Source of the DNA: Corynebacterium amycolatum
Lineage (GTDB): Bacteria; Actinomycetota; Actinomycetes; Mycobacteriales; Mycobacteriaceae
Length of the DNA stretch: 32,000 bases
Strand: one strand, 5' to 3'
Assembly (NCBI RefSeq): GCF_049243625.1
Contig: NZ_CP046975.1
The notes beneath the pieces are model-generated. The model worked only from the letters and a program-made list of their open reading frames with translations. It searched no databases and had not been told where the DNA came from. A program made the translations under genes and the position numbers. Position 1 is the stretch's first letter, and each line of letters begins with the position of its first letter. Positions 10,842-19,120 of this stretch are shown in pieces.

Positions 10842-12297
10842 GACTCATGTCTGCGGTGGCCGGGTCAACGAGCTTAGAGCCCGTTGCCTTCTTATGGATG
10901 AACCACAGCAGGACGAAGACCGGAATACCCAGGTACGGAGTGAGGATAGCGAAGATATTCTCGCCAGTGCGAATCGGGTCAAGTGCCTGTCCGGCCACCA
11001 CAAAGAAGCACATAATCAGTGCCAGCACAGCACCTGCGGGGAAAAAGTTCGCCTTGTAGGGAAGCGAATCCAACGGGATATTCTGGGTCTTCAGACACTT
11101 GCGGAAGCGGTAGTGGCTGAAAGAGATACCAAACCAGGTGATAAAACCCGCGAGCGCAGAGAGCGTCAGCAAGAAGGTGTACGCCGCACCATCGCCTACC
11201 AATGAAGTAATGAAGCCAGCCATACCGATGACAGCGGTGGCGATCAGAGCGCGCAGCGGAACGCCGTGCCCGGAAAGCTTGCCGAAGTAACGCGGAGCCT
11301 GTCCATGGCGAGCCAGGGAAAACAGCATACGAGTGGATACATACATACCGGAGTTACCCGCAGACAACACCGAAGTCAGAATGACGGCGTTCATCAGGCC
11401 AGCGGCAATCGCGATACCTGCGCGTTCAAAGACCAGAGTGAACGGTGAAATGGAAATGTTGTCCTCAGCCGCGTTCAGAAGATTCGGGTCAGTGTACGCA
11501 ATAAGGAAACCAATAACAGCGATGGCACCGATGTAGAACAGCAGAATACGCCAGAAGATAGTGCGAATCGCGCGGGGAATGGTGCGCTCAGGATCCTCAG
11601 CCTCACCTGCTGCTACACCAACCATCTCGGTGCCCTGGAAGGAATAGCCGGCTACGACGAAAACGGCCAGCAGTCCCATTCCGCCGTTGACGAATGGGGC
11701 ATCGCCCGTGGTCCAGTTTTCAAAGCCGGGGGAGGACCCACCCAAGATGCCGAAAATCATGCCGACACCAAGAACGAGGAAGACGATAACGGTAATGACC
11801 TTGATGGTCGCAAACCAGAACTCACCCTCGCCGAATGCACGTGCGGACAGGGCATTCAGCCCGAATAGAATCGCGAGGAAGAGCGCGGACCAGACGATTG
11901 AAGGCACATCCGGGAACCAATAGCGCATCACCAGTGCAGCAGCGACGAGCTCTGCGGCCACAGTAATCGCCCAATTAAACCAGTAGTTCCAGCCCATGGC
12001 AAAGCCGAAGGATTCTGAGACGTATCGGCGACCGTACTCCTGGAAGGAACCGGGCACTGGCAGGTAGGCGGCCATCTCGCCGAGAGACTGCATAACCAGC
12101 CACACCATGATGCCGATAAGGGCGTAAGCGATGAGCGCACCGCCTGGACCGGCCTGCGAAATGGTCGCACCGGAGGCAACAAACAGGCCCGTGCCAATGG
12201 CACCGCCAATGGCAATCATGTTCAGGTGGCGAGCTCTCAGCCTGCGCTGAAGCTTATGGTTGTGTGAGGAATTCTCCTCAGATTGCGTCGAAGTCAT
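10834..12297 (-). CDS. lysP: APC-family amino-acid permease, lysine-specific permease (LysP)-like
   Basis: 487 aa, about 12 TM. The N-terminal block RHLNMIAIGGAIGTGLFVASGATISQAGPGGALIAYALIG is nearly identical to my recollection of E. coli LysP. Further blocks match too (FQGTEMVGVAAGEAEDPERTIPRAIR, SPFTLVF, VLSAGNSGMY). Confidence 0.8.
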   Translation of the reverse strand: MTSTQSEENSSHNHKLQRRLRARHLNMIAIGGAIGTGLFVASGATISQAGPGGALIAYALIGIMVWLVMQSLGEMAAYLPVPGSFQEYGRRYVSESFGFAMGWNYWFNWAITVAAELVAAALVMRYWFPDVPSIVWSALFLAILFGLNALSARAFGEGEFWFATIKVITVIVFLVLGVGMIFGILGGSSPGFENWTTGDAPFVNGGMGLLAVFVVAGYSFQGTEMVGVAAGEAEDPERTIPRAIRTIFWRILLFYIGAIAVIGFLIAYTDPNLLNAAEDNISISPFTLVFERAGIAIAAGLMNAVILTSVLSAGNSGMYVSTRMLFSLARHGQAPRYFGKLSGHGVPLRALIATAVIGMAGFITSLVGDGAAYTFLLTLSALAGFITWFGISFSHYRFRKCLKTQNIPLDSLPYKANFFPAGAVLALIMCFFVVAGQALDPIRTGENIFAILTPYLGIPVFVLLWFIHKKATGSKLVDPATADMSRE

Positions 12298-12395
12298 TCA
12301 CTTATCATAAGCGTTTCCACTCCGGTGAATGCAAAAACCACACCGCTTTAATTGTTGGTATCACCCCACAAATCGGCTGATGTATATGCTTCCCG

Positions 12396-13604
12396 TCAAC
12401 GATTTCTCCATCTCCCAGGTCCCCGCATAAACCCTGCGATGAGCTTTCCGCACGTTCGCGGACTCTTTTTCAGCAAAGGCACTGCCACTTTCGCCATAGC
12501 GCGAAGCGTCGTCAGTGGGGATGTCCCTATCAAATAGGCAAACACGTCCTTCTCCGGCAACGAAAAGAACGCCCGAAAAAACGCACCCGTCTGTCGTGCA
12601 TCGAACCCCAGCAACGCCGCGAGTCCACGTTCGCGTAGCCATCGCTGCAATCGCATGCTTAACGACGTCCCCAGCGACCGGCTTCCCTTCTTTTCCATAT
12701 CGGCCAAGAAACGGTCGACATCTTCGATAACCGACTCCACCGAGTAACCAGTGGCAGGATGCATCCAACCGCCTGCAAAGCCGAAGAGGGTGCCCATGGA
12801 TGGTCCGTTGTGCGTCAAGGCACCGCGGCGAGAGGGAAAGTTTGCCAGTAGGGGAAAGGACACCACTTCTTCGTCAATGGCCAGATCTTCCGAGAGCTCC
12901 AGGGACTTCAACCGTGCTTTTTGGCGTCTCCGCAACAGCTCTAGAAGTACGGAGTCATCGGCCTTACCGCCGGTGCCGACTGCCGCACCGGTTTCGTCGA
13001 GATGCCCGGCAACCATAGGAGTCGGAGTAGCGAGAATGGTCTCTTCAATGAGGAAGGTCCTGTCATCCAAGAAAATGCGATAGGAGAAACTAGCCGGCTC
13101 TGTCTCTGGGGCATTCAGGTCTGCTGGAGTGAAGTCCATGAGGACTGCGCGGCGGTGGGCGCTAGGGACGTCGTCAAGCGAAAAGATGTGCCCGATGGCG
13201 AGCTGCCGTACCTGCCCACCTCGCCCGACTGCGGCGTGTGCGCGCCCGGTGGTGACAATCGTGATGTCAGCACCCGTGGATTCGGAATCGGTGAGCGAGC
13301 GGCGTTCGATGCGGAAACCGCCAAGTTTTTGCAGGCAGTCGTTGTTAACAACGCCGTACGTGCGGGTGAGCTGACGTTCGGTGCCGTCGACAAGAATGAC
13401 GCTGGGTTGAAAAGTGGCGGCGAGGAAATCGCTGGGCAACCAGTCGGGGAGTTGGTCGCACCAGAGACCAATCGTCGAGGGCAGTGTGCCACCGGCGGGG
13501 TCGTAAGCGGTGACATCCCAGCCGCGAGCGGATGCGCGGTGGGCGGCGATTCTTCCGGCGGGCCCGAGGCCGACGACGGAGGCGGTCACGGGAAATGAAG
13601 TCAT
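12396..13604 (-). CDS. Lycopene cyclase family / FAD-dependent flavoprotein (orphan)
   Basis: N-terminal dinucleotide fold VVGLGPAGRIAAHRASARGWDVTAYDP. C-terminal GGWMHPATGYSV resembles the HPxTGY motif of CrtY/CrtL-type cyclases. No other crt genes are present in the window. Confidence 0.65.
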   Translation of the reverse strand: MTSFPVTASVVGLGPAGRIAAHRASARGWDVTAYDPAGGTLPSTIGLWCDQLPDWLPSDFLAATFQPSVILVDGTERQLTRTYGVVNNDCLQKLGGFRIERRSLTDSESTGADITIVTTGRAHAAVGRGGQVRQLAIGHIFSLDDVPSAHRRAVLMDFTPADLNAPETEPASFSYRIFLDDRTFLIEETILATPTPMVAGHLDETGAAVGTGGKADDSVLLELLRRRQKARLKSLELSEDLAIDEEVVSFPLLANFPSRRGALTHNGPSMGTLFGFAGGWMHPATGYSVESVIEDVDRFLADMEKKGSRSLGTSLSMRLQRWLRERGLAALLGFDARQTGAFFRAFFSLPEKDVFAYLIGTSPLTTLRAMAKVAVPLLKKSPRTCGKLIAGFMRGPGRWRNR

Positions 13605-13610
13605 AACTGG

Positions 13611-13617
13611 TAGGCTA
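13611..13617. promoter_or_regulatory. Overlapping back-to-back TANNNT hexamers (TAGGCT on plus, TAGCCT on minus); candidate shared -10 for two divergent leaderless genes
   Basis: Only 20 bp separate the two divergent start codons (ATG at 13604-13602 on the minus strand, GTG at 13625). The hexamers end 7 nt (minus) and 8 nt (plus) upstream of the respective start codons. Confidence 0.3.
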
Positions 13618-13624
13618 CTCGTTC

Positions 13625-15256
13625 GTGATTGTGACCCATGACCTTGAAGTCCGAGTCGGCGCCCGTACCCTGCTCACTGCGCCGGGTGAGCAGCTGCGCG
13701 TCCAGCCGGGAGACCGGATTGGACTCGTCGGGCGAAATGGTGCTGGCAAAACGACGACTATGCGTATCCTCTCCGGCGAAACTGAGCCCTACGGTGGCTC
13801 CGTGGTGCGCTCTGGCTCGATTGGTTACCTGCCACAGGACTCACGCGAAGGCAACATCGACATCTCCGCCCGCGACCGTGTGCTGTCGGCGCGAGGCCTT
13901 GACCAAATCCGCCGGAGCATGGATCGCCAGCAGGAGATCATGGAGACCGCGACCACTGACACGAAGCGCGATGCGGCGATTCGGAAGTTTTCGCGTCTCG
14001 AGGAGCGCTACCACGATCTCGGCGGCTACGAGGCGAACGCTGAGGCAGCCCGCATTTGCGACGCGCTGGGGTTGCCGGAGCGCGTACTCGACCAGCCTCT
14101 GAAGACGCTCTCGGGTGGTCAGCGCCGCCGTGTCGAACTTGCTCAGATTCTCTTCGCCGCTACCGAAGGCTCAGGCAAGTCCGCCACGACACTGCTTCTC
14201 GACGAGCCGACGAACCACCTCGATGCGGATTCGATTACCTGGCTCCGCGAATTCCTCAGCAAGCATGAGGGCGGCTTGATTATGATCTCGCACGATGTCG
14301 AGCTGCTCGAGGCCGTGTGTAACAAAGTCTGGTTCCTCGACGCGGTGCGCGCCGAAGCTGATGTGTACAACATGGGCTGGAAGAACTACCTGTCGGCACG
14401 CGCGACCGATGAGGCTCGACGTCGCCGCGAGTTCGCTAACGCGGAGAAGAAGGCCAGCGCACTGCGCAAGCAGGCCGAGAAGCTAGGTGCGAAGGCGACG
14501 AAAGCCCGTGCGGCCAAGCAGATGGTGGCTCGTGCTGAGCGTATGATGGATAGTCTCGACGAGGTCCGCGTCGAGGACAAGGTCGCCCACATTTCCTTCC
14601 CAGAGCCGGCGCCCTGTGGCAAGACTCCACTCAACGCCACGGGACTGACCAAGATGTATGGCTCGTTGGAAGTCTTCGCCGGTGTGGATCTTGCGATTGA
14701 CAAGGGTTCCCGCGTGGTTGTCCTCGGTTTCAACGGTGCTGGTAAGACGACGCTACTGAAGCTACTCGCCGGTGTGGAGCGCACCGATGGCGAAGGCGGC
14801 ATCGTCTCCGGCCACGGCCTGCGCATCGGCTACTTCGCCCAGGAACATGACACGATTGACCCGGACAAGACTGTCTGGGAAAACACCGTCTACGCCTGCC
14901 CTGACGTCAACGAGCCGGAACTGCGGAGCCTACTCGGTGCCTTTATGTTCTCCGGCGATAAGCTGCAGCAGCCAGCGGGTACCCTCTCCGGTGGTGAGAA
15001 GACACGTCTAGCGCTGGCGACGCTGGTTAGCTCCCGCGCAAACGTCCTGCTTCTCGACGAGCCCACTAACAACCTCGACCCTCAGTCCCGCGAACAGGTG
15101 CTCGACGCACTGCGTACATACACCGGGGCCGTCGTACTGGTTACCCACGATCCAGGTGCGGTCAAGGCGTTAGAGCCCGAGCGCGTCATCGTGCTTCCCG
15201 ACGGCACGGAAGACCTCTGGAGTGACGACTACATGGAAATCGTCGAGCTGGCTTAA
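13625..15256 (+). CDS. ABC-F family ATPase (two ABC domains, no TM domain; Rv1473-like)
   Basis: Domain 1: GRNGAGKTT, LSGGQRRRVELA, LLLDEPTNHLD. Domain 2: GFNGAGKTTLLK, LSGGEKTRLALA, LLLDEPTNNLD. A charged inter-domain linker is present (RRRREFANAEKKASALRKQAEKLGAKATKARAAKQ). GTG start. Confidence 0.9.
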   Translation: MIVTHDLEVRVGARTLLTAPGEQLRVQPGDRIGLVGRNGAGKTTTMRILSGETEPYGGSVVRSGSIGYLPQDSREGNIDISARDRVLSARGLDQIRRSMDRQQEIMETATTDTKRDAAIRKFSRLEERYHDLGGYEANAEAARICDALGLPERVLDQPLKTLSGGQRRRVELAQILFAATEGSGKSATTLLLDEPTNHLDADSITWLREFLSKHEGGLIMISHDVELLEAVCNKVWFLDAVRAEADVYNMGWKNYLSARATDEARRRREFANAEKKASALRKQAEKLGAKATKARAAKQMVARAERMMDSLDEVRVEDKVAHISFPEPAPCGKTPLNATGLTKMYGSLEVFAGVDLAIDKGSRVVVLGFNGAGKTTLLKLLAGVERTDGEGGIVSGHGLRIGYFAQEHDTIDPDKTVWENTVYACPDVNEPELRSLLGAFMFSGDKLQQPAGTLSGGEKTRLALATLVSSRANVLLLDEPTNNLDPQSREQVLDALRTYTGAVVLVTHDPGAVKALEPERVIVLPDGTEDLWSDDYMEIVELA

Positions 15257-16011
15257 GACGGATCCATTGGCCCAGGCAGGTAACCGTCCTGCTGGGCGAG
15301 CCTATACATCTCCGACTTGTTAAGGCTGTTCTCGGCCCGGCCAGCTGCCGCATACTTGGCTCGAATGCGGCCCAAGTAGTCCAACACGGTGTTCGGTGTC
15401 AGCCCTGTCATCGACGCGACTCGCTTCGTCGACTCACCGGAGGCGTAGAGCTCCAGTACCTCACGCTGGCGTTCTGACAAATCGACAGAATCGAGCAGGG
15501 GATCAGAGTCCACTACCGATGCCCATTCCGTAGTCAGCGCGCCCTTGCCAAGCGCCGCCAGCCGTACTGCAGACACGACTGTTTCCGGGGTTTCCGATTT
15601 CTGAACAACCCCCATCACTCCGGTACGCACTGCCTTTCGGACAAGGTATGGGCTTTCAGCTGACGAGAGAATGAGCACGTGGTCGGTGACCAATTCCAGC
15701 GAGAGCACGTTCTGCGCTGGATCTGAATTATCCGCCAGCCGCAGATCCAGCACGACCACATCCAGGCGATCATCAGTGCCCACATCAGCCAGTAGTGCCG
15801 GCACAGTTTGATAACAGCCGACGAGCTCAAAGTCTGGCTCTGCAGACAGCAGGGTTTCGAGCCCCTGCAGAGTCAAGGCATGATCATCAATCGCAGCAAC
15901 GCGAAGCAAACGATCCGACTGCACGCTGTAATCTCCGATGTTGTCGGAGTCAATTGCAGCCGAGACGTCGATGGAAGCATTGCTCATTCCCGCAATGTTT
16001 TCCCTAGTCAC
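15253..16011 (-). CDS. Two-component response regulator, NarL/LuxR family
   Basis: Receiver domain (RVAAIDDH ... VVVLDLRLAD). C-terminal LuxR HTH (LSERQREVLELYASGESTKRVASMTGLTPNTVLDYLGRIRAKY). The GTG start at 16011 overlaps the kinase stop (GTGACTAG). An alternative ATG lies at 15987. Confidence 0.85.
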   Translation of the reverse strand: MTRENIAGMSNASIDVSAAIDSDNIGDYSVQSDRLLRVAAIDDHALTLQGLETLLSAEPDFELVGCYQTVPALLADVGTDDRLDVVVLDLRLADNSDPAQNVLSLELVTDHVLILSSAESPYLVRKAVRTGVMGVVQKSETPETVVSAVRLAALGKGALTTEWASVVDSDPLLDSVDLSERQREVLELYASGESTKRVASMTGLTPNTVLDYLGRIRAKYAAAGRAENSLNKSEMYRLAQQDGYLPGPMDPS

Positions 16012-18280
16012 GTGACATCACTATCCTCTCACCGGCTTCATCAAACCTTTGCACTCCATTGTCATCAGAAATGGATGCAAATGCACGTCTGCCCGGGGGC
16101 AATAGACGAATTGTTACCGATCCTTCTTCGGCGTTATCGATCGTTTCGAGGAAGCTCGGCATCAACTTAGCCACCGCGGAATCATCGTCGACAAGCGGAA
16201 TACGGCGCACATCGGTGCTACCGGAAACGGCCTGCGTGTGATTGCGGTCATCGAGGAGCCGGACATGAACGCCTCTGGCCCGCGCGTCCCAAACAGCTTG
16301 GTGAAGTGACCCGACATTTAGATGCGGCGAACGTAGAACGTCTCGGAGGAGCTGCTCTGTGAGACGCGCACGCAACTGCAATCGCGGGGTCGGTTTATCC
16401 AAAACTGCAGCGGCGCTAAATATGGGACCGACCTGACGCTGCAGCCATTCGTAGTTGCTCTGGCTGCTGATTTCGTACTCTTTGGCAGCACCGGCAGTGT
16501 ACAGCGCACGATTATAATCCTGAATAGACTGCGGAACGGTACGCATAAAGAAGCGGACCATGATGGACGTCAAAATTCCAGCGACCAGCATCACGGAGCG
16601 AACTAGCAGGTCGACTCCAGAGATACTGATGTGGGTGGAATCCGAGGGGGCAAAGGGGAAGAACTTGAGTATCTCCACCAGGATTGCGCCACCGAGCACT
16701 GAATTCAGTGCAACCCAGGGTCGGCCGCGGATGGCGAGCAATGCAGACGCAAAAGAAATTAAGCTAAAGTGCCAGAAATACGACCATTCCAAATTATTTG
16801 GAATGGGCTGGTAAAGCCCAACCCCAGCTAATACAACAATTGCGACACCAATTACAAATGCGCGATTTAACGGCAATTGCGAATGGCGACCATACATAAT
16901 TAGCCCGAGAAGACCGATCGCTAACGCCAGGCTGATTTGTCCTGCCGTCGTAAATAATTGCCCATTACTGACTAGGACCATGAACAACACGCCGACGATC
17001 GCGCCGTAGAACTGCCAGGAAAAAACAATCGACATTCCCATGAGGTCATACAGCGATGTCGTATGAGCCGAGGAATCGACTACATCTTCCTCTTCCACAG
17101 GAGAGGTATTACCGTGCCATTTGAGAATAACCTGAGTACCTTTCCCAGGTTTTGATTTAACGTCGGCATCTCCGCCACGAAGGGCCTCCATTCGACCTTT
17201 AACACTTAATCGAATACCTGCACGATGCGGGTCAATTCCTTCGGGGTCGAACCCGCTGCCATCATCACGAAAATCAATGGAGACCTCGCCAGAGGCAACA
17301 CGAATGTGGCACTTCTTTTCCGCCGTGGTACCTGCATGACGCTTGGCATTATTTGCCACCTCAGTTGCAGCTAATAGGAACGTGTTAGCAACTTCTCCTG
17401 GGAGACGAACTGGACCGCCTTCTTCGCTGGTATCTAGCGTTACCGAAATGTCAGAGCTCACCGACAGCAATTGCGCCCGTACAGCCTCCGCAAAAGTTCG
17501 ACCGCTTACTGTTTGCCGAGGCGAGAAAAACAGCCCAGTCTGCTCGTCTAGCGAGAAGTCAATCTTAGAGCCCTTACCAATTGCAGACAGTGCGGCTAAT
17601 ACATAGTCATGAACATAGGCGTTGAAGCTACTCATTGCCTCTCCGCGGACACGCATACGCTCCGCTCTCTCATTGACCTTCCGAGAATTCTCGTAGGTGT
17701 AGTCAATAAGCCTTGCGACGGGTTGTGCAGAGCCCGCGATAATCACAAATGGAAAAGTGTTGATGAGATTGAATCCGACATCCGACAACATGTCGAGCCA
17801 AAAAGTGTGCCCCAGCAACCATGAATTAATGACGGCAATCAGTCCGGGAACAAATACCATCACGGACAAACTGATGTGGAGTGGCACCGTCAGCGCAAAT
17901 GCAGCGAGGGCCAAACCTGAAAATGGGCTATACCAGAGTGCATTTCCAATGGAGTTATGAGGCAGATCCCAATAGGTTGAAACCAACATCAGGAAAACCA
18001 ACATGATGTACATCGGTACACGCAGTGCGGCAATAAGGCCTCGCCGCGTATTGTTGATCACTGCCCAAATCAGCAACATATCGCTGAGAATGAATATGAG
18101 TAGTGATGCAAAAGGGAACCAGTGGCTCAGAAAGTTTTCTAAGGGGACAGAACGAATAGCCGATTCAATCTGCCACAAAAATCCGGTGACGGCAATAATA
18201 ATCGCACCGGATCGCAGCACAGACATTTCAATTGATGGTGACTGTCCGGCAAGTGCCGAATCGGGATTCCACCTCTCCAT
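16004..18280 (-). CDS. Membrane sensor histidine kinase with duplicated architecture (6 TM + DHp/HATPase_c, then 6 TM + degenerate kinase-like tail)
   Basis: H-box-like FNAYVHDYVLAALSAI (His224), N-box EVANNAKRHAG, G1 FRDDGSGFD, G2 KPGKGT. A second hydrophobic block spans aa 415-580, followed by a C-terminal domain at aa 585-758. Overlaps the response regulator gene. Confidence 0.8.
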   Translation of the reverse strand: MERWNPDSALAGQSPSIEMSVLRSGAIIIAVTGFLWQIESAIRSVPLENFLSHWFPFASLLIFILSDMLLIWAVINNTRRGLIAALRVPMYIMLVFLMLVSTYWDLPHNSIGNALWYSPFSGLALAAFALTVPLHISLSVMVFVPGLIAVINSWLLGHTFWLDMLSDVGFNLINTFPFVIIAGSAQPVARLIDYTYENSRKVNERAERMRVRGEAMSSFNAYVHDYVLAALSAIGKGSKIDFSLDEQTGLFFSPRQTVSGRTFAEAVRAQLLSVSSDISVTLDTSEEGGPVRLPGEVANTFLLAATEVANNAKRHAGTTAEKKCHIRVASGEVSIDFRDDGSGFDPEGIDPHRAGIRLSVKGRMEALRGGDADVKSKPGKGTQVILKWHGNTSPVEEEDVVDSSAHTTSLYDLMGMSIVFSWQFYGAIVGVLFMVLVSNGQLFTTAGQISLALAIGLLGLIMYGRHSQLPLNRAFVIGVAIVVLAGVGLYQPIPNNLEWSYFWHFSLISFASALLAIRGRPWVALNSVLGGAILVEILKFFPFAPSDSTHISISGVDLLVRSVMLVAGILTSIMVRFFMRTVPQSIQDYNRALYTAGAAKEYEISSQSNYEWLQRQVGPIFSAAAVLDKPTPRLQLRARLTEQLLRDVLRSPHLNVGSLHQAVWDARARGVHVRLLDDRNHTQAVSGSTDVRRIPLVDDDSAVAKLMPSFLETIDNAEEGSVTIRLLPPGRRAFASISDDNGVQRFDEAGERIVMSRD

Positions 18281-18325
18281 GCGACAATCACATTCCTTTT
18301 GCTTATTGCCACTAGATAAAACTAA

Positions 18326-19072
18326 TCAGCCTCTACAAGCGGTATGAAGCCGGACGAAATTCTGAAGAATTCGTCCACTTCGTGCAACATCCAACTGCCG
18401 CGCGGCCGATACCGCTTCAAGATCTGTTCCTGGTAAATAGTATCCCTGATTGGCGTAAATCAGGAGACGCTGGGCAAACGTGTTGGCATCTAATTCCGGG
18501 TGGAACTGCGTCGCATATGCATTGTGGCCCAACCGGAACATCTGCACTGGACAGTCCTTTCCAGTTGCCAGCAATGTAGCGTCGCCTGGAAGCTCTTCGA
18601 TGGCCTCCTTGTGGCCTACGATGGCGTGAAAACGGGCCGGCAAACCTTCAAGAATTGGGTCTGCTTCTCCATCCGGCGTTGCAGCTACTTCGATTACAGC
18701 TGCCTGCTCCCCGTGCTTGCGGGAGACCCGGCCATGACCAGCAGTACCGAGCAGGCCGACACCATAACAAGCTCCGAAGAAGGGGAAATCTCGCTCGAGC
18801 ACTTCTGCCAGCAAATCCTCAAACCAGGTCTCGACCTCCTTTTGTAGATAGCTCTTATCGTCGTCGGAGGCGTTAAAGGGACCTCCGCCAACGATTACTC
18901 CTGAGTAGTTATCAAGATTTAGATTGGCCGGACGCGATTGTTCCAGGCGAATTTGATGCAACTTCGCCGGCGCCAACCCACATCTCCTGGCAAATGAGAG
19001 ATGTTCTGCGTGAGCTGCGGCATCTTCGCCACGTGTGGAAAGCAAGAGGAAGGGCTTGGCGGAGGTAGACAT
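18326..19072 (-). CDS. Stand-alone class I glutamine amidotransferase (GuaA-N-like), copy 1
   Basis: Nucleophile elbow FFGACYGVG and His-Glu pair in ATQFHPELD. 248 aa. Paralogous to the adjacent gene. Confidence 0.8.
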   Translation of the reverse strand: MSTSAKPFLLLSTRGEDAAAHAEHLSFARRCGLAPAKLHQIRLEQSRPANLNLDNYSGVIVGGGPFNASDDDKSYLQKEVETWFEDLLAEVLERDFPFFGACYGVGLLGTAGHGRVSRKHGEQAAVIEVAATPDGEADPILEGLPARFHAIVGHKEAIEELPGDATLLATGKDCPVQMFRLGHNAYATQFHPELDANTFAQRLLIYANQGYYLPGTDLEAVSAARQLDVARSGRILQNFVRLHTACRG

Positions 19073-19120
19073 ATGTGGGAAAAGAATTTCGTAAAAAAGG
19101 GGAGCTGGAAGGGACAGAGA

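Noticed and set aside
12298-12395. A possible lysine riboswitch (L-box) upstream of the LysP-like permease
   Set aside because: Only 98 bp separate the start from the neighbouring gene's stop, far shorter than an L-box aptamer plus expression platform. I saw no conserved L-box strings.
13002-13598. A 198-aa plus-strand ORF opposite the lycopene-cyclase-family gene
   Set aside because: A shadow frame with no start context or motifs. The minus-strand gene has the FAD fold and family motif.
15253-18325. Whether the two-component insertion is a mobile element or genomic island
   Set aside because: No integrase or transposase, no flanking tRNA, and no direct or inverted terminal repeats were found. 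Only the compositional anomaly remains, and it is reported as a finding instead.
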